64,000 nucleotides of DNA, from positions 2,464,001 to 2,528,000 of the forward strand of contig CBDCOH010000002.1 of the NCBI GenBank assembly GCA_965219685.1. Direction: 5' to 3'. This DNA comes from Candidatus Spongiisociaceae bacterium (GTDB lineage Bacteria > Actinomycetota > Acidimicrobiia > Spongiisociales > Spongiisociaceae). The notes beneath the pieces are model-generated. The model made no database searches. It worked only from the letters and a program-made list of their open reading frames with translations, and had not been told where the DNA came from. Shown here piece by piece: positions 60,580-64,000 of this stretch. The first letter of the stretch is position 1. Every line of letters begins with the position of its first letter. The position numbers and the translations under genes were made by a program.

Positions 60580-61032
60580 ATGTTTGAGATTCTGCTGTTC
60601 GTTCACCTACTGGGGGTAGCAGCGTGGTTTGGCGCCAATCTGGCCCGGGCCTTCGCTGGTGGTCCCATGTCGAAGGCAGACCCGGCGACCGCGGCGAGTT
60701 GGCACCGAGCGACGGTCTCCATGGGGAGGGTGATCCACACTCCCGCGGCGATAGCGGTGTTCATCACCGGCTTCGGTCTCGTAGGCCTGTCGGAAGGTGT
60801 CTACGAGATGACTGCCCCCTTCGTCATAGTCGGCATCGCGGTGGTTGTGGTGGGGGCGGTTCTCGCCATGAGCGTGCTCGGGCCGAACGGAAGACGGATC
60901 GCTTCGGCATACGAAGCTGGCGACAGCGCTCTCGCCGAGACTGTAGCCCGCAGGTCTGCCGTGGTCGGTTGGGTCGATACGCTGCTGCTCGCCTTCGCGA
61001 CCCTGGTAATGGTGCTGCGCTGGGGGGCTTGA
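60580..61032 (+). CDS. DUF2269-like membrane protein
   Basis: LFVHLLGVAAWFG, four TM segments and a C-terminal MVLRW. Confidence 0.7.
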   Translation: MFEILLFVHLLGVAAWFGANLARAFAGGPMSKADPATAASWHRATVSMGRVIHTPAAIAVFITGFGLVGLSEGVYEMTAPFVIVGIAVVVVGAVLAMSVLGPNGRRIASAYEAGDSALAETVARRSAVVGWVDTLLLAFATLVMVLRWGA

Positions 61033-61081
61033 GCCCGTTGTCCGCTGTCCGTGCGGAAAAACACAGATTAGCAATCGTTAG

Positions 61082-61113
61082 TCACCACTCACCACTCACC
61101 ACTCACCACTCAC
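61082..61113. repeat. heptamer repeat (TCACCAC, ~4 units)
   Basis: Overlaps the stop of the minus-strand oxidoreductase. Confidence 0.93.
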
Positions 61114-62219
61114 CTGAGCCTGTCAGGAGAATAGTCCTCAACCCGCACCCCGAATCGCAGATAGTCATCGGGCGGCTGTCCGTTGACGATTATGGACGCG
61201 GCGAGGCGACCGGCTCCTGGCGAAGTCTGGATACCCGTGCCTCCCTGTGCAGCGAGCCAGAAGAACCCGTCGGTAGACCTATCGAACCCGATAACCATCG
61301 AGCGGTCGGCAACGAACGACCGCAGACCGGTCCAAGAGGAGCGCACGGTGCGGATGCCCAAGGACGTCGCTCGATTGATGCGGTCGATGGCCAACGCTAT
61401 GTCGACTTCTTGGGGACGGGCATCGCACGGAGGGGAGGGCTTCTCTTCTGCCGGAGAACAGAGCAATTGCTCGCCATCGGGCTTGAAGTACCAACGTTGG
61501 TCTATGTCCACCACCACGGGCCAGTCGGACCACTCCGGCCGGCCGGGAACCATGAACGCGGTACGACGCAGTGGGGTCAGTCCGATCGGCTCGACCCCCG
61601 CCATCTCGGCTACGAGATCGCACCATGCCCCTGCCGCGTTGACCACCACCGGGGTGGTGATGGTGTCTCCGGGAACGTGCACCTTCCAGCAACCATGCGA
61701 GCGGGTCAGGGCCTTGACCGGAGAAGATGTCCGGATCGTCGCTCCCGACCGGCGCATGCCCCGGACGAACGCCTGGTGAAGACCGGCGACATCCAGATCA
61801 GCAGCCTGAGGCTCCAGGAGGGCGCCTCCAAGCAGTTCGGCCCTTATCACCGGTACCATCGCACGCACCTCGGAAGGGCTGATCGATTGGAGGCCAATCC
61901 CGTGTGATGCCTCAGCTCTCAGGCTCTCCATCTGGCTCGGGCGCGCCACCAGGAGCACTCCCCTCTTCGTGACCAGCGGGACATCGACCAGCGCTTCGGG
62001 TGGACTTCTGAGAAAGCCGAGACTCGCCATGGTGAGTCTCTGGTTCGCCCGGGTACCGTAGCTCTCGTACAGAACCGCCGCCGACCGGCCGGTGGTGTGA
62101 GAGGCGAGTTGCGGCTCCTGCTCCACCAGTATCACGGTACGCCCCGCCTCGGCCAGGTAGTGACCCACGGACACTCCGGCGATCCCGCCGCCGATCACCA
62201 CAGCATCTGCATAGACCAT
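61110..62219 (-). CDS. FAD-dependent oxidoreductase (DAO / D-arginine dehydrogenase-like)
   Basis: IGGGIAG, TTGRSAA, NAAGAW, WTGLRSF and QGGTGIQTSP motifs. Confidence 0.92.
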   Translation of the reverse strand: MVYADAVVIGGGIAGVSVGHYLAEAGRTVILVEQEPQLASHTTGRSAAVLYESYGTRANQRLTMASLGFLRSPPEALVDVPLVTKRGVLLVARPSQMESLRAEASHGIGLQSISPSEVRAMVPVIRAELLGGALLEPQAADLDVAGLHQAFVRGMRRSGATIRTSSPVKALTRSHGCWKVHVPGDTITTPVVVNAAGAWCDLVAEMAGVEPIGLTPLRRTAFMVPGRPEWSDWPVVVDIDQRWYFKPDGEQLLCSPAEEKPSPPCDARPQEVDIALAIDRINRATSLGIRTVRSSWTGLRSFVADRSMVIGFDRSTDGFFWLAAQGGTGIQTSPGAGRLAASIIVNGQPPDDYLRFGVRVEDYSPDRLR

Positions 62220-62618
62220 CGAAGGAGCTTAGGAGAACGCCCAGCGAACCGCTCCGACCTGGGTACGCCGGCCACAGGGTCCCGCTCCTCCTCGAAGGCA
62301 GACTCGATGTTCTGCGATAGAAGGTGCAGGCTCAAAGCCGGAAGGCTATCCTGACCTCGGGTTCCCGAGGTTCATCACCCGCTCTGCGTGGGCTCTGAAC
62401 CTCTGGTTCCGTCCCGCCCCGTCCTTCGGAACGATACGAGGAGGTCCCACCAGACCCACATCGGCCGCCGAACACCCGCACCCGATCGGCCCGGGCTCGC
62501 CGAGTCCCCGCACGTGGCCGGTCCACGACCCGGTCCGCTCTCAACACCAACAAGCTGATATAGTCGGGTCCGGTGCGTGCGTCTCCATCACACACCAAGA
62601 AGCTAGAAAGGAAGAGCC

Positions 62619-62957
62619 GTGGCAATTAGCACTGAACGGGAAGGCTGGGTGCTGGTCATCAAGGCTGAGGGCCGGATTGACGGCTCCAATGCCGCACAGT
62701 TCCTAGAGTCCGTCGAAGGCGTCATCGACCAGAACGACAACGCCGTAATCCTGGACTTCACCCAACTAAACTACATCAGTAGTGCTGGACTTAGAATCAT
62801 CCTGCTGATCGCTAAGGACCTTCGCCAACGGAGCGTGAAGTTCGCCGTCTGCTCGCTGTCAAGCTCGGTTCACGAGATCTTCATGATAAGTGGATTCGAT
62901 CAGATTATCGACCTCTATGATGATTCTGCATCCGCTGTTTCAGCAGTGCAGAGTTAG
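62619..62957 (+). CDS. STAS-domain anti-sigma-factor antagonist
   Basis: GRIDG, LDFTQLNYISSAGLR (phosphorylatable Ser) and IFMISGF motifs. Confidence 0.92.
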   Translation: MAISTEREGWVLVIKAEGRIDGSNAAQFLESVEGVIDQNDNAVILDFTQLNYISSAGLRIILLIAKDLRQRSVKFAVCSLSSSVHEIFMISGFDQIIDLYDDSASAVSAVQS

Positions 62958-63040
62958 TCACTCTCTCCTAGCACCTTCTCCGACATCATTAACGGAGGGT
63001 GTTGCCACACCGAATGCGACGAGAGTACAGGAGTTCCTAG

Positions 63041-64000
63041 GTGGCTAAATACAAGATCCTGGTCGTTGACGATGAGCCGGATCTAGAACCCCTGATTTTA
63101 CAGCGAATGCGTCGTGCAATCAGAACGGGGCGCTATTCGTTTGTCTTTGCTCGGAATGGGGTTGAAGCCCTTGAGAGGTTGGCTGAGCAAGAGGACATTG
63201 ATATGGTCCTCTCTGATATCAACATGCCCCGCATGGATGGCCTGACGCTACTTGAGCAGATACCCAAGGTAGACCCTAACATCCGCTCAGTGATCATATC
63301 TGCTTACGGCGATATGAAGAATATCCGTACTGCCATGAATCGCGGAGCGTTCGACTTTGTAACCAAGCCATTGGACTTCAAGGATCTTCGCCATACGATT
63401 GATCGTACCCTCAAGCACCTAATAGAGTGGCGATCTGCCCTTGCCTCCCGTGACCAGCTTGTCGCGATCCAAAACGAACTTGACGTAGCCAGCAAGATCC
63501 AGCAATCCATACTTCCCACCCGATTCCCTAAGACGGCAGAATACGAAGTCTATGCGAATATGGAACCGGCTCGTAATGTAGGCGGTGACTTCTACGACAT
63601 TCTTTCATTGGAAGGCAGCTACATTGGGCTAGCGATTGCTGATGTCTCCGATAAGGGCGTTCCGGCCTCCCTATTCATGATGTCGAGCCGTACGCTTTTA
63701 AAGGGCACGGCCATAGGCATCCCAGAGCCGGGTAACGTGCTGCAGGATGTTAACGATCTTCTCTATGAAGAGAACGACACTTCCATGTTTGTAACCGTTA
63801 TATACGCCATCTATTCCCCCGATACTGGAAGCTTTGTATATGCAAACGGTGGTCACAACCCGCCTCTAGTTATTCATAGCGATGGAAGCTCAACTTTGCT
63901 ACCACTAATCGGTGGTATCGCCCTAGGTATCGCTCCTGGAATGGCCTTCCCACAGAAAACCGTGATACTCGAGCCTGGGGATATTCTGATGCTATATACC
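63041..64000 (+). CDS. response-regulator receiver plus PP2C/SpoIIE phosphatase, RsbU-like (runs off the window end)
   Basis: Manual translation from GTG 63041 gives KILVVDDE, SDINMP, FVTKP, IQQSILP, VGGDFYD, ADVSDKG and NGGHNPP. Confidence 0.92.
   Translation, partial: MAKYKILVVDDEPDLEPLILQRMRRAIRTGRYSFVFARNGVEALERLAEQEDIDMVLSDINMPRMDGLTLLEQIPKVDPNIRSVIISAYGDMKNIRTAMNRGAFDFVTKPLDFKDLRHTIDRTLKHLIEWRSALASRDQLVAIQNELDVASKIQQSILPTRFPKTAEYEVYANMEPARNVGGDFYDILSLEGSYIGLAIADVSDKGVPASLFMMSSRTLLKGTAIGIPEPGNVLQDVNDLLYEENDTSMFVTVIYAIYSPDTGSFVYANGGHNPPLVIHSDGSSTLLPLIGGIALGIAPGMAFPQKTVILEPGDILMLYT

Noticed and set aside
62220-62618. 400-nt gap before the STAS gene as ncRNA or island attachment site
   Set aside because: Only one short hairpin (ACCTCGGG/CCGAGGT) is present, with no tRNA fragment, direct repeat or clear promoter-terminator pair.

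Overview
High-GC chromosomal window from an actinobacterium, inferred to be Acidimicrobiia-like from the nuo operon, AdnAB, RegX3/SenX3-phoU-pst and many leaderless genes. It is mostly housekeeping: nuoA-L on the minus strand (nuoE and nuoF fused, nuoL cut by the window start), four acyl-CoA ligases, gdh, a RecB/Cas4-like nuclease, AdnAB, dtd, plsB, 2-oxoacid dehydrogenase E1 alpha/beta, PolX, malic enzyme, a Pho/Pst cluster, NfuA, deoD and a lower-GC STAS/RsbU module at the right end. The most interesting signals are non-coding. (1) An unannotated ~430-nt highly structured RNA candidate (16583-17008, minus) has its own sigma-A promoter and terminator. (2) A complete IS110 element (31988-33479) has a bridge RNA whose donor and target guides can be read directly from the sequence. 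(3) Heptamer tandem repeats are polar: their G-rich strand points away from the adjacent gene at every site seen, and they often supply its stop codon. (4) Two PafBC/RecA-NDp-type DNA-damage promoters precede a nuclease and a 47-aa ORF. A 24-aa ORF bridging nuoK-nuoL and an internally duplicated PstS are also notable. All calls are by eye; no database searches or folding programs were run.
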